Source of the DNA: Candidatus Aminicenantes bacterium | Lineage (GTDB): Bacteria; Acidobacteriota; Aminicenantia; Aminicenantales; Saccharicenantaceae | Length of the DNA: 64,000 bases | NCBI GenBank assembly: GCA_041320535.1 | Contig: JBGLNH010000001.1 | Coordinates: 1,022,253 to 1,086,252 of the forward strand | Direction: 5' to 3' | Part shown: in pieces, positions 51,898 through 61,053 of the stretch | Numbering within the stretch: the first letter of the stretch is position 1 | How the letters are laid out: each line of letters starts with the position of its first letter | Notes under the pieces: model-generated | What the model was told of the DNA's origin: nothing | What the model saw: only the letters and a program-made list of their open reading frames with translations | Database searches by the model: none | Made by a program: the position numbers and the translations under genes

Positions 51898-52397
51898 GGG
51901 AGACCGTGGCCAAGGACGTCCTGAGGGCCTTTGGAGGCACGCTGGCCGCCGTCGTCGTCTACTCCCTGGCCGGCGCCGGCGGCCCGGAGCTGCTCGTCGT
52001 CTTCAACGCCTTCTCGATCGTCGTCCTCTATTTCTCCGTCCGCCGGGGGGAGGTCTTCGGGGCCCTGCTCGGGACCATGTGCGGCCTGGCCCAGGACGCC
52101 TTCTCGCTCGGCGTCTTCGGCGTCGCCGGCCTGACCAAGACCCTGCTCGGCTTCTGGGCCGGATACGTCTCCCGCCGGATCGACGTCGCGCCTCCCGGCC
52201 GCAACGCCCTGTTCATGCTGGTCATGTCGGTCGCCGAGATGGCCCTCTGGGTCCTGATCACGGCCCTCGTCCGGCTGGCGTCGGTGAACTGGCACGGCGG
52301 GCTCATCCTTCTCCAGCCCGTGGCGACGGCGGCGTTGGGGAGCCTTCTCTTCGCCGTCGGACGGCGCGTCCGGGCCCGGGGCTCCCGAGGCGCGTGA
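51894..52397 (+). CDS. mreD: Rod shape-determining protein MreD
   Basis: Hydrophobic, GLAQDAFS..FG; position between mreC and mrdA. Confidence 0.8.
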   Translation: MRETVAKDVLRAFGGTLAAVVVYSLAGAGGPELLVVFNAFSIVVLYFSVRRGEVFGALLGTMCGLAQDAFSLGVFGVAGLTKTLLGFWAGYVSRRIDVAPPGRNALFMLVMSVAEMALWVLITALVRLASVNWHGGLILLQPVATAALGSLLFAVGRRVRARGSRGA

Positions 52398-54226
52398 TGG
52401 CCGAAGAGAGGATCTACGAGGACCTGACGCTCGTCGTCCGGCGGGCCCGGACGGTCTTCTGGGCCGTCGCCGCCCTGGTCCTGGTCGCGCTCGGCTATTA
52501 CTGGAAGGTCCAGGTCCTGGACCACGAGGAATACGCGCGCCTGGCCGCCGCCAACCGGACCCGCGAGCGCGTCCTGGCGGCCCCGCGCGGGCTCATCCGC
52601 GACCGGAACGGCGTGATCCTGGCCGACAACCGGGGCTCCTTCAAGGTGTCCCTCGTCCGCGAGAGCGTCACGGACGCGGACGCCTCCTTCGCCGCCGTCA
52701 GCCGGCTCCTCGGCCTCGACGAGGCCACCCTCCGGGCGCGCGTCGACCTGCACAAGGAGCTGCCGCTCTTCGCGCCCATCGTGGTGGCCGACGGCCTCGA
52801 CGCCACGGCCGTCGTCCCGATCGAGAGCCGCCGGCGCGAGTTCCCCGAGCTCGTCGTCGAAGCGGAGCCCCAGAGGTATTATCCGGGGGGCTCCCGGGCC
52901 GCCCACGTCCTCGGCTACCTCCAGGAGCTGACTCTCGAGGAGGTCCGGTCCGGCTCGCGGCGGCCGACGCGGGCGGGGGACATGGTCGGCCGGACCGGCG
53001 TCGAGCGCCAGTACGACGACATCCTGCGCGGCGACGACGGCTCGGTCGTCGAGGTGGTCGACAGCCTGGGCCGGGTCCGGGGCGAGCAGGCCCACGTCTA
53101 CCCGGAGCAGGGCCGCGAGATCAAGCTGGCCATCGACGGCGAACTCCAGGCCCTGGCCGAGCAGGCCCTCGAGGGCCGCGAGGGAGTGGTCGTCGCCCTC
53201 GACCCCCGCTCGGGAGATGTCCTGGCCCTGGCCAGCTCCCCGACGTTCGACCCGAACCGCTTCATCACCCGGTTCACGCCGGCCGAATGGAGCGCGCTGA
53301 CGACCGATCCCCAGTCGCCGCTCGAGAACCGGGCCATCCGCGGCCTCTACGCGCCCGGGTCCATCTTCAAGCTGGTCATGGGGCTCGGCGGACTGGATTT
53401 CCGGTTCGTCTCGGAGTCGACGACGGTCTACTGTTCCGGGTCGGCCCAGATCTACGGCGCCGTGCGCCACTGCTGGTTCGAGCCGGGACACGGCGCCATG
53501 GACCTCGTCGACGCGATCAAGAACTCCTGCAACATCTACTTCTACCAGCTCGGCCGGCGGATGAGCATCGGCATGATCGCCCTGGCCGCGGAAAAGTTGG
53601 GGCTCGGCGCCAAGACCGGCATCGACCTCGCCGGCGAGAAGGAGGGGCTCGTCCCGACCGCGGAATGGAAGCAGCGGACGACCAAGACGCCATGGTATCC
53701 GGGCGAGACGATCTCGATCGCCATCGGCCAGGGCCAGCTCCAGGTGACCCCGATGCAGATCGCCGTCATGACGGCCCGGATCGCCCGAAGGAGCGAGTCC
53801 GTGCCCGCCCCGCGCCTCCTCCTCCCGCGGACCGGGGGCCAGGAGGACGCGGGAGCCGTCGAGGCGCGGGACGCCGGGCCCGCCTCGGTCCGCTTCAGGA
53901 GGGAGAGCTTCGAGAGGATCGTCGCCGGCATGTGGAAGTCGGCCAACGACGGCGGCACGGGACAGGGCGCCCGGGTCGAGGGCTTCGACGTTTGCGGCAA
54001 GACGGGATCGACGCAGGTCATGAGCCGCGAGAGCGCCGAGCGCCTGGCCCGGGAAGGGCGCGAGGTCAAGACCCACTCCTGGTTCTCCGGGTTCGCCCCC
54101 CGCGACGACCCGCGCATCGTCGTCACCGTCCTCGTCGAGTACGGCGGCGGGGGAGGGGCCACGGCGGCGCCCGTGGCCGGCCGGATCTTCGCCCGGTTCA
54201 AGGAGCTCCGGGAGGCCCGGAGATGA
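52397..54226 (+). CDS. mrdA: Penicillin-binding protein 2
   Basis: APRG.I.DRNG, GSIFK (SxxK), SCN (SxN), GKTGS. Confidence 0.93.
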   Translation: MAEERIYEDLTLVVRRARTVFWAVAALVLVALGYYWKVQVLDHEEYARLAAANRTRERVLAAPRGLIRDRNGVILADNRGSFKVSLVRESVTDADASFAAVSRLLGLDEATLRARVDLHKELPLFAPIVVADGLDATAVVPIESRRREFPELVVEAEPQRYYPGGSRAAHVLGYLQELTLEEVRSGSRRPTRAGDMVGRTGVERQYDDILRGDDGSVVEVVDSLGRVRGEQAHVYPEQGREIKLAIDGELQALAEQALEGREGVVVALDPRSGDVLALASSPTFDPNRFITRFTPAEWSALTTDPQSPLENRAIRGLYAPGSIFKLVMGLGGLDFRFVSESTTVYCSGSAQIYGAVRHCWFEPGHGAMDLVDAIKNSCNIYFYQLGRRMSIGMIALAAEKLGLGAKTGIDLAGEKEGLVPTAEWKQRTTKTPWYPGETISIAIGQGQLQVTPMQIAVMTARIARRSESVPAPRLLLPRTGGQEDAGAVEARDAGPASVRFRRESFERIVAGMWKSANDGGTGQGARVEGFDVCGKTGSTQVMSRESAERLAREGREVKTHSWFSGFAPRDDPRIVVTVLVEYGGGGGATAAPVAGRIFARFKELREARR

Positions 54227-54486
54227 TGATCGACCGGCGCCTCCTTCAGGAGATCGATTGGGTCCTCATCGGCCTGGTCCTTCTGCAGGCGCTCATCGGC
54301 GTCTTCTTCATCTACAGCTCGTCGCACTTCCTGGCCGGCCAGTACCACGTCCGGCAGCTCGTCTGGATCGCCGTCTCGCTCGCCGCCCTCGTGTTCGTCC
54401 TGATCGTCGACTACAAGTTCTTCGTCTCGCTCTCGGTCTATTTCTACGGCCTGATCGTGGCCGTCCTCGCGGCGACGCTCGTCTTG
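54223..54486 (+). CDS. rodA: RodA, N-terminal fragment (junction)
   Basis: IDWVLI..GVFFIYSS..RQLVW..DYK; follows mrdA. Confidence 0.78.
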
Positions 54487-54561
54487 GCCCAGCGCGACGA
54501 GCGCGACCGCGGCGGCGAGACCGGCGAGCCTCGCGGGCGCCGACGCTTTCTGTCCGCTCAT
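54487..54561 (-). CDS. Signal-peptide start of an unidentified gene, cut at a junction
   Basis: MSGQKASAPARLAGLAAAVALVAL begins 4 nt after the recJ stop. Confidence 0.45.
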
Positions 54562-54565
54562 TCTC

Positions 54566-56257
54566 TCAGGTCTTCAGGTCCTCGACGGTCAGGCTGGTCC
54601 TCGTTTCCCCGAGGTATTCGGAGCGGGCGATGGAGAAGGCCAGGCTGACCCGGCCGCCCCGCCGCATGACGTGGCGCCAATCGCCCTTGTCCCAGCCGAG
54701 CGCCTCGAGGACGCGGCCGCCCTGCCGGGCCAGGAACTTGAGGTGCTTCCCCTGCAGGACCCGCGGCTCGTTGACGACCTCGACGTCGTCGGCGGCGAAG
54801 AGCGGCTTGGGGTTCCCGACGCCGAAGGGCAGGAGCGCCTCGAGGCCCTCGAGGAACCGGTCGTCGATCGCGGAGAAGTCGAGGGGCGCGTCGATCCGGA
54901 TCTTGCGCTTCAGGCTGTCCTCGGAGATGCGCGCCTCGGCCAGCGGGTTCAGGGCCTCCTTGAGCGCGGCCACGCGTTCCGTCGGCAGGGTGCAGCCGAC
55001 GGCCAGCTTGTGGCCGCCGTAGCTCGAGAACAGGTGCCGGCAATCCTCGAGCAGGTCGATGAGGGGGACGTCGGAGATGCTCCTCCCCGAGCCGTGGGCC
55101 TTGCCGTCCTCGTAGGCGAACAGGACGACGGGCCGGTGGAAGCGGTCCTTGAGCTTGGAGGCGACGATGCCGATGACGCCGCGGTGCCAGCCGGGCGAGC
55201 CCAGGACGAGGCACTTGTACTTGCGGTCGAGCTGCCGGCCCTCGACCCGCTCACAGGCCTCGTTGAAGATGCGCTCCTCGGTCTTCTGCCGCTGGGCGTT
55301 GAGCTCGTCGAGCTTCTGGACGAGGGCCTGCGCCTCGGCGGCGTCCTCGGAGAAGAAGAGCCGGACGGCGAGGTCGGTCATGCCCATGCGGCCGGCGGCG
55401 TTGATCCGCGGCCCGAGGCGGAAGCCGAGGTCGCCCTCGGAGATCTTGCGGTGGCCGAGACCGCAGGCCTCGATCAGGCTCCGCAGCCCCGTGTTGGAGA
55501 CGTTGCGCAGGCCTTTCAGGCCGTGCTTGACGAACAGGCGGTTCTCGCCTTTGAGCTCGGCGACGTCGGCCACGGTCCCGATCGAGACGAGCTTCATGTA
55601 GTGCGGCAGGCCCGCGTCCCGTCCGGCCTTCTGGAGCAGGGCCTGGACGAGCTTGAAGGTCACCCCGACCCCGGCCAGCCCCCGGTCCGGGTAGCCCGCG
55701 TCGTCGAGGACCGGGTCGAGGACGGCCACGGCGTCGGGCAGGACGTCCCCGGGCCTGTGGTGGTCGGTGACGATGACATCGACGCCGAGCTCCCGGGCCC
55801 GGGCGGTGAATTCGACGGCCTTGACGCCGCAGTCGACGCTGATGACGAGGGTCGCGCCCCGCTCGACGGGGATGCGGACGTGCTCGTCCTTGATGCCGTA
55901 GCCGTCGGTCAGGCGCTCCGGGATGAAATACTCGGCCTTGGCGCCGAGGGTCGTCAGGGCCTTGATCAGCATGACCGTCGAGAGGACGCCGTCGACGTCG
56001 TAGTCGCCGAAGACGAGGATCTTCTCTCCGCTGTCGATCGCGGCCCGGATACGGTCGACGGCCCGGGCCATGCCCTTCATCAGGTAAGGGTCGTGGAGGC
56101 CTTCGAGTCCGCCGTAGAGGAAGGCCCGGGCGTCCTCCGCCGTCAGGATCTTGCGGTTGACGAGGACCCTGGCGATGGCCGGAGGGAGGGACAGGGCCTC
56201 GGCGAGCTCGTCGGCCTCGGGACGCGGCGGGCTGATGACCCACTGGGCGGACTTCAT
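54566..56257 (-). CDS. recJ: ssDNA-specific exonuclease RecJ
   Basis: GDYDVDG, DGYG, VDCG, TDHH, GTVADV, PRINAAGR, GSGRS, GGH, PFGVGNPKP. Confidence 0.96.
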   Translation of the reverse strand: MKSAQWVISPPRPEADELAEALSLPPAIARVLVNRKILTAEDARAFLYGGLEGLHDPYLMKGMARAVDRIRAAIDSGEKILVFGDYDVDGVLSTVMLIKALTTLGAKAEYFIPERLTDGYGIKDEHVRIPVERGATLVISVDCGVKAVEFTARARELGVDVIVTDHHRPGDVLPDAVAVLDPVLDDAGYPDRGLAGVGVTFKLVQALLQKAGRDAGLPHYMKLVSIGTVADVAELKGENRLFVKHGLKGLRNVSNTGLRSLIEACGLGHRKISEGDLGFRLGPRINAAGRMGMTDLAVRLFFSEDAAEAQALVQKLDELNAQRQKTEERIFNEACERVEGRQLDRKYKCLVLGSPGWHRGVIGIVASKLKDRFHRPVVLFAYEDGKAHGSGRSISDVPLIDLLEDCRHLFSSYGGHKLAVGCTLPTERVAALKEALNPLAEARISEDSLKRKIRIDAPLDFSAIDDRFLEGLEALLPFGVGNPKPLFAADDVEVVNEPRVLQGKHLKFLARQGGRVLEALGWDKGDWRHVMRRGGRVSLAFSIARSEYLGETRTSLTVEDLKT

Positions 56258-56304
56258 CGTGGCCTCACTCTAGCATATCGGGGGGCCGGGCTCAACCGCC
56301 GCCA

Positions 56305-56333
56305 TTGACAATTAAACGCTTGAAAAATAAAAT
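56305..56333 (+). promoter_or_regulatory. Near-consensus sigma70 promoter of the ftsY-rib operon
   Basis: TTGACA-N17-TAAAAT, 9 nt upstream of GTG 56343. Confidence 0.75.
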
Positions 56334-56342
56334 GTTAAGACT

Positions 56343-57245
56343 GTGTTCGTCCAGCTCCGCGAAAAACTGGCCCGGACCCGCGGCGCTTTCCGCGCCGTCG
56401 AGGACATCTTCCGCAGCGGCCGGCGGCGCGACGAGATCCTCGACCGGCTCGAGGAGGCCCTCATCCTGGCCGACGTCGGCGTCACGGCCTCGGGACTGGT
56501 CCTCGAGGCCCTGCGCTCCGGCACGCGCAAGGACGCCGGCGAGCCCGAGCTCCGCCGGGCCCTCCGGGCCGAGCTCGAGCGCCTCCTCGCGAAGTCCGAC
56601 GGAGCCCGGCCGCCGGGCCCTTTCGCCGGCGCCTCGCCGGCGGTCGTCCTGATGGTCGGGGCCAACGGCGGCGGCAAGACGACCTCGGCGGCCAAGCTCG
56701 CCGCCCGTCTCAAGGGCCAGGGCCGGAAGGTCGTGCTGGCCGCGGCCGACACGTTCCGCGCGGCGGCCCAGGAACAGCTGGCGCTCTGGGGGAAGAAGCT
56801 CGGCGTGGCGGTCTTCAAGGGCGCCTACGGGGCCGACCCCGCCTCCGTCGTCTTCGACGCCGCGCGGTCGTTCAAGGCCCAGAAGGCGGACGTGCTCGTC
56901 GTCGACACCGCCGGGCGCGTCCACACCGACGCCAATCTCATGAACGAGCTCGAGAAGGTCCGCCGCGTCGCCGTCCGCGAGCTGCCCGAAGCGCGCCTCG
57001 AATCGCTGCTCGTCCTCGACGCCACGGTCGGCCAGAACGCCGTCGTCCAGGCCCGGGAGTTCCTCAAGTTCTCCGGCCTCACGGGGATCGTCCTGACCAA
57101 GATCGACGGGACGGCCAAGGGCGGGGCCGCCCTGGCCGTCGCCGCCGAGCTCGACCTGCCCATCCGTTTCCTCGGCGTCGGCGAGTCGGAGGAGGACCTG
57201 GTGGAGTTCTCGCCCCCCGAATTCGTGGAGGCCCTGCTCGCATGA
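56343..57245 (+). CDS. ftsY: SRP receptor FtsY (NG-only)
   Basis: ADVG, GKTT, DTFRAAA, DTAGR, TKIDGTAKGG, GVGE. Confidence 0.94.
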   Translation: MFVQLREKLARTRGAFRAVEDIFRSGRRRDEILDRLEEALILADVGVTASGLVLEALRSGTRKDAGEPELRRALRAELERLLAKSDGARPPGPFAGASPAVVLMVGANGGGKTTSAAKLAARLKGQGRKVVLAAADTFRAAAQEQLALWGKKLGVAVFKGAYGADPASVVFDAARSFKAQKADVLVVDTAGRVHTDANLMNELEKVRRVAVRELPEARLESLLVLDATVGQNAVVQAREFLKFSGLTGIVLTKIDGTAKGGAALAVAAELDLPIRFLGVGESEEDLVEFSPPEFVEALLA

Positions 57246-58342
57246 GCGGCCGGAGCGACCGCGCCTGGATGGAGATGGCCTACGGCCTCGCGGAGAGGGC
57301 CCGCGGCCGCACCAGCCCCAATCCCCTCGTCGGCGCGGTCGTCGTGCGCGACGGCGCCGTCGTCGGGTCCGGCTTCCACGCGGAGCCCGGCAAGGCCCAC
57401 GCCGAGATCCTGGCGCTCGCCGCGGCCGGCCGGAAAGCGCGCGGCGCGACGCTCTACCTGACCCTCGAGCCCTGCGTCCACTGGGGCCGGACCCCGCCTT
57501 GCGCCGACAACGTCCTGGCCGCCGGCCTGGCGCGGGTCGTCGTCTCGGCCCTCGACCCCAACCCGCTCGTCTCCGGCCGCGGCGTCCGCCGGCTCCGCCG
57601 GTCCGGGCTCGCCGTCGCCGTCGGGCCGCTGGCCGGGCGGAACGCGGTCCTGAACGAGTCCTACCTCAAGTACATCACCAGCAAGCGCCCCTTCGTCACG
57701 ATCAAAGCCGCCCTGAGCCTCGACGGCAAGATCGCCTGCCGGACCGGGGACTCGCGGTGGATCTCCTCGGCCGGGACGCGGGACTACGTCCACCTCCTCC
57801 GCGGCGAGCAGGACGCGCTGATGGTCGGCGCCGGGACCCTCATCGCCGACGATCCCCGGCTGACCGTCCGCCATCCGGCCTGGGGCCCGAAAAAGGCGCT
57901 CCGGGCGGTCCTCGACTCCCGCCTGCGCTTTCCGCTCGGCGCGCGGATCCTGAGCACGCTCGCGAGGGGCCCGGTCGTCGTCTTCGCCGGCCGCGCGGCC
58001 CCCCCCGCGAAGGCCCGCGCGCTCGGCCGGCGCGGCGTCGAGGTCCTCTTCCCGCCCGGCGGACGGGAGGATTGGCCCCTCGACCTCGTCCTCTCGGAGC
58101 TCGGCCGGCGCGAGGTGGCCGCGCTGCTCGTCGAGGGCGGCGGCCGCCTGTACACGTCCTTCGTCGAGTCCGGGCTGGCCGACAAAGCGGTCCTGACCGT
58201 CGCTCCGCGGCTCGTCGGCGGCGCTTCGGCCCCGGGCCTCCTCGGCGGAGCGGGCGCGGCGAGGATGGCGGCGGCCCTGGCCCTCCGGCGGGTGCGCGCC
58301 TTCACGGTCGAGGACGACATCATCCTGGAAGGATATTTCTGA
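57242..58342 (+). CDS. ribD: Riboflavin biosynthesis deaminase/reductase
   Basis: [33 protein letters not shown]. Confidence 0.95.
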   Translation: MSGRSDRAWMEMAYGLAERARGRTSPNPLVGAVVVRDGAVVGSGFHAEPGKAHAEILALAAAGRKARGATLYLTLEPCVHWGRTPPCADNVLAAGLARVVVSALDPNPLVSGRGVRRLRRSGLAVAVGPLAGRNAVLNESYLKYITSKRPFVTIKAALSLDGKIACRTGDSRWISSAGTRDYVHLLRGEQDALMVGAGTLIADDPRLTVRHPAWGPKKALRAVLDSRLRFPLGARILSTLARGPVVVFAGRAAPPAKARALGRRGVEVLFPPGGREDWPLDLVLSELGRREVAALLVEGGGRLYTSFVESGLADKAVLTVAPRLVGGASAPGLLGGAGAARMAAALALRRVRAFTVEDDIILEGYF

Positions 58343-58938
58343 TGTTCACGGGCATCATCTCGCACCGCGGGACGTTCCGCGGCTACAGGAACGGCCGCCG
58401 GGCCCTGCTCGTCGAGGCGGCCGGGCTGGCCTCGAAGCTCGCCGTCGGCGGGAGCCTGGCCGTCGACGGCGTCTGCCTGAGCGTCGTCGCCGCGGACCGC
58501 GGCGAGGTCCTCTTCGACCTCTCGCGCGAGACCGCCGAACGGACGACGCTCGGCGGCCTCGAGCCGGGGGCCCCGCTCAACCTGGAGCTGCCGCTGACCC
58601 CGTCCTCGCCGATCGGCGGGCACATGGTCAGCGGCCACGTCGACGGCGTGGGGCGGGTCCTCAAGGCCTCCTCCCGCCCGCCCGGCAAGCGCCTCACCGT
58701 CTCCTTCCCGGCCGCGCTCAGGCCGTTCCTCATCCCCAAGGGCTCGGTCGCGGTCGCCGGGGTCTCCCTGACCCTCGCCTCGCTCGGCCCGTCCTCGTTC
58801 GACGTCGAGCTCATCCCCCTGACGCTCGAGGGCACGAACCTCGGACGCCTCAGGACCGGGGCCAAGGTCAACCTCGAGTGTGACATGGTCGGGAAATACG
58901 TGTATAATTACCTGTCCCAAGGACGCACCAAGGGCTGA
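58342..58938 (+). CDS. ribE: Riboflavin synthase
   Basis: [43 protein letters not shown]. Confidence 0.93.
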   Translation: MFTGIISHRGTFRGYRNGRRALLVEAAGLASKLAVGGSLAVDGVCLSVVAADRGEVLFDLSRETAERTTLGGLEPGAPLNLELPLTPSSPIGGHMVSGHVDGVGRVLKASSRPPGKRLTVSFPAALRPFLIPKGSVAVAGVSLTLASLGPSSFDVELIPLTLEGTNLGRLRTGAKVNLECDMVGKYVYNYLSQGRTKG

Positions 58939-58969
58939 GAGAGGCCCCGAGAAAGGCCCGCGCGATCCC

Positions 58970-60187
58970 ATGACCGAAGAGAAGACGACCGTTCCCGTCG
59001 AGACCGCCCTCGAGGCCGTCCGCGCCGGGCGGATGATCATCATCGTCGACGACGAGGACCGCGAGAACGAGGGCGATCTCATGGTGGCCGCCGAGAAGAC
59101 CACGCCAGAGATCGTCAACTTCATGGCCCGCCACGGCCGCGGCCTGATCTGCCTGCCCCTGACCCGGGAGCGGCTGGAGGAGCTCCAGCTGCCCCTGATG
59201 GTCAGCGAGAACACGGCCCGCTTCCAGACGGCCTTCACCGTCTCCATCGACGCCCGCGAAGGCGTCACCACCGGCATCTCGGCCCAGGACCGGGCCCGGA
59301 CGGTGCTCGCGGCCGTCGATCCGGCGACGAAGCCGGAAGACCTGGCCCGGCCGGGCCACGTCTTCCCGCTCCAGGCCAAGGAGGGCGGCGTCCTGGCCCG
59401 CGCCGGCCAGACCGAGGCCGCCGTGGACCTGGCCCGCATGGCCGGGCTCCGGCCGGCCGGCGTCATCTGCGAGGTCATGAACGAGGACGGGACGATGGCC
59501 CGCCGGCCCCAGCTCGAGGAGGCCGGGCGCCGGTTCGGCATCCCCATCCTGACCATCGCCGACCTCATCCGCTACCGCATGAAGACGGAGACCCTCGTCC
59601 GCGAGCTCGACGAGACCGATCTGCCGACCTCGCGGGGGCGGTTCCGCCTCCACGTCTACGAGGACATCATCCGCGGCGAGCACCACGTCGCCCTGGTCAA
59701 GGGCGAGGTCGGCGACGGCGCGCCGACGCTCGTCCGGGCCCACTCGCAGTGCCTGACGGGCGACACCTTCGGCTCGGCCCGCTGCGACTGCGGCGACCAG
59801 CTGCGGCTGTCCATGGAGATGATCGAGAAGGAGGGCCGGGGCGTCATCCTCTACATCCTCAACCACGAGGGGCGCGGCATCGGCCTGGCCAACAAGATCA
59901 AGGCCTACGCCATCCAGGACGACGGGGCCGACACCGTCGAGGCCAACCGCCGCCTGGGCTTCAAGCCCGACCAGCGCGACTACGGCATCGGCGCGCAGAT
60001 CCTCGTGGCCCTCGGCGTCCGCCGCCTCCGGCTCATCACCAACAATCCCCGCAAGTTCGTCGGGCTGACGGGCTACGGCCTGGAGATCGTCGAGCGCGTC
60101 CCGCTCGAGGTCGCGCCCAACGCCTGCAACCTGCGGTATCTCAAGACCAAGAAAGAGAAGATGGGCCACATCCTGGACCTGGTCTGA
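58970..60187 (+). CDS. ribBA: Bifunctional DHBP synthase / GTP cyclohydrolase II
   Basis: [46 protein letters not shown]. Confidence 0.95.
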   Translation: MTEEKTTVPVETALEAVRAGRMIIIVDDEDRENEGDLMVAAEKTTPEIVNFMARHGRGLICLPLTRERLEELQLPLMVSENTARFQTAFTVSIDAREGVTTGISAQDRARTVLAAVDPATKPEDLARPGHVFPLQAKEGGVLARAGQTEAAVDLARMAGLRPAGVICEVMNEDGTMARRPQLEEAGRRFGIPILTIADLIRYRMKTETLVRELDETDLPTSRGRFRLHVYEDIIRGEHHVALVKGEVGDGAPTLVRAHSQCLTGDTFGSARCDCGDQLRLSMEMIEKEGRGVILYILNHEGRGIGLANKIKAYAIQDDGADTVEANRRLGFKPDQRDYGIGAQILVALGVRRLRLITNNPRKFVGLTGYGLEIVERVPLEVAPNACNLRYLKTKKEKMGHILDLV

Positions 60188-60189
60188 GG

Positions 60190-60705
60190 ATGGACGTTCC
60201 GCGCGCCCCCGAAGGATCGAGCCCCTCCCCCATCTGCGCCGCCTTCCTCCTCAAGCTCGGCCGGACGCAGGACAAGACGAAGCGGCAGCGCATCCTGGCG
60301 GCCTGCGTCAAGGTCCGCCGCCCGTGGGCCGAGGAGCTCCTGTGGGAGGCGCTGGCCGATCCCAACGAGGCCGTCCGGTCCTTCGTCGCCCGGGAGCTGC
60401 GCGACCGCCCGGCCATCCGCCTCGACCTGGCCCTGAGGAGGCTCCGCCTCCCGCCGTGGTGGGCCAGGAGCTCGGTCCTGAAGATCGTCGGCCGCCGCCG
60501 CGTCAGGGAAGCCCTCTCCGAGGTCGCCCGGGCGGCCGGCGACGTCAACGTCGACGTCCGCCGCTCCGCGGCCGAAGCGCTGGGCGAGATCGGCGGGGAA
60601 GAGGCGGTCCGGGCCCTCGTCCGCCTGAAGAAGGACGCCAACCCTTACGTGCGGGCGGCGGCCGAAGAGGCGATCGAAAAGACGAGCCGGGTCCGTTTCA
60701 GCTGA
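60190..60705 (+). CDS. Small HEAT-repeat protein
   Basis: DPNEAVR, DVNVDVRRSAAEALG, DANPYVRAAA. Confidence 0.75.
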   Translation: MDVPRAPEGSSPSPICAAFLLKLGRTQDKTKRQRILAACVKVRRPWAEELLWEALADPNEAVRSFVARELRDRPAIRLDLALRRLRLPPWWARSSVLKIVGRRRVREALSEVARAAGDVNVDVRRSAAEALGEIGGEEAVRALVRLKKDANPYVRAAAEEAIEKTSRVRFS

Positions 60706-60729
60706 GGCCCCGGGGCCGGCGCGCCTCAG

Positions 60730-60794
60730 CCTGGACCTGGCACGAAAACGCCGCTCTTGGTCTTCCTGTTGACGGAGAACTACGGCGTTTTCAC
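60730..60794. repeat. Family B inverted-repeat element, copy 2 (possible bidirectional terminator)
   Basis: CCTGGAC...GAAAACGCCGC-N28-CGGCGTTTTCAC between the convergent HEAT and precursor genes. Confidence 0.7.
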
Positions 60795-60806
60795 GAATGG
60801 CTCAGG

Positions 60807-60989
60807 TCAGCTGGCGTAGCGGGTGTCCGAGCAAGCCTGGCAACAGGCGGGATTCGAGGTGCAGTTGTCCTTGTGGTTGTAGGGCGCCACGGGCGGGGCC
60901 GTCTTGTGCTTGCAATGGCACAAGAGCGTCTCCTCCGGACGCCCCTTGAAGAGGACGATGAGCTCGGGCGTCTGCCATTGTTTCTTCAT
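60807..60989 (-). CDS. Putative RiPP precursor peptide (60 aa, six Cys)
   Basis: GGAGG SD, own promoter, leader MKKQWQTPEL (W/YxxPxL), Cys-rich core, adjacent to an rSAM/SPASM gene. Confidence 0.82.
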   Translation of the reverse strand: MKKQWQTPELIVLFKGRPEETLLCHCKHKTAPPVAPYNHKDNCTSNPACCQACSDTRYAS

Positions 60990-61024
60990 GGCCTTGGATC
61001 CTCCAAAAATGCTTCCTTTAGAGT

Positions 61025-61053
61025 ATGTTAGGCCGGAATCCCGGCAAAGTCAA
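61025..61053 (-). promoter_or_regulatory. sigma70-like promoter of the precursor
   Basis: TTGACT-N17-TAACAT; the -35 box overlaps the rSAM stop codon. Confidence 0.6.

Noticed and set aside
60780-60809. Selenocysteine read-through of the precursor's TGA
   Set aside because: Read-through gives only PEPFVKTP-stop and no SECIS-like hairpin could be supported.
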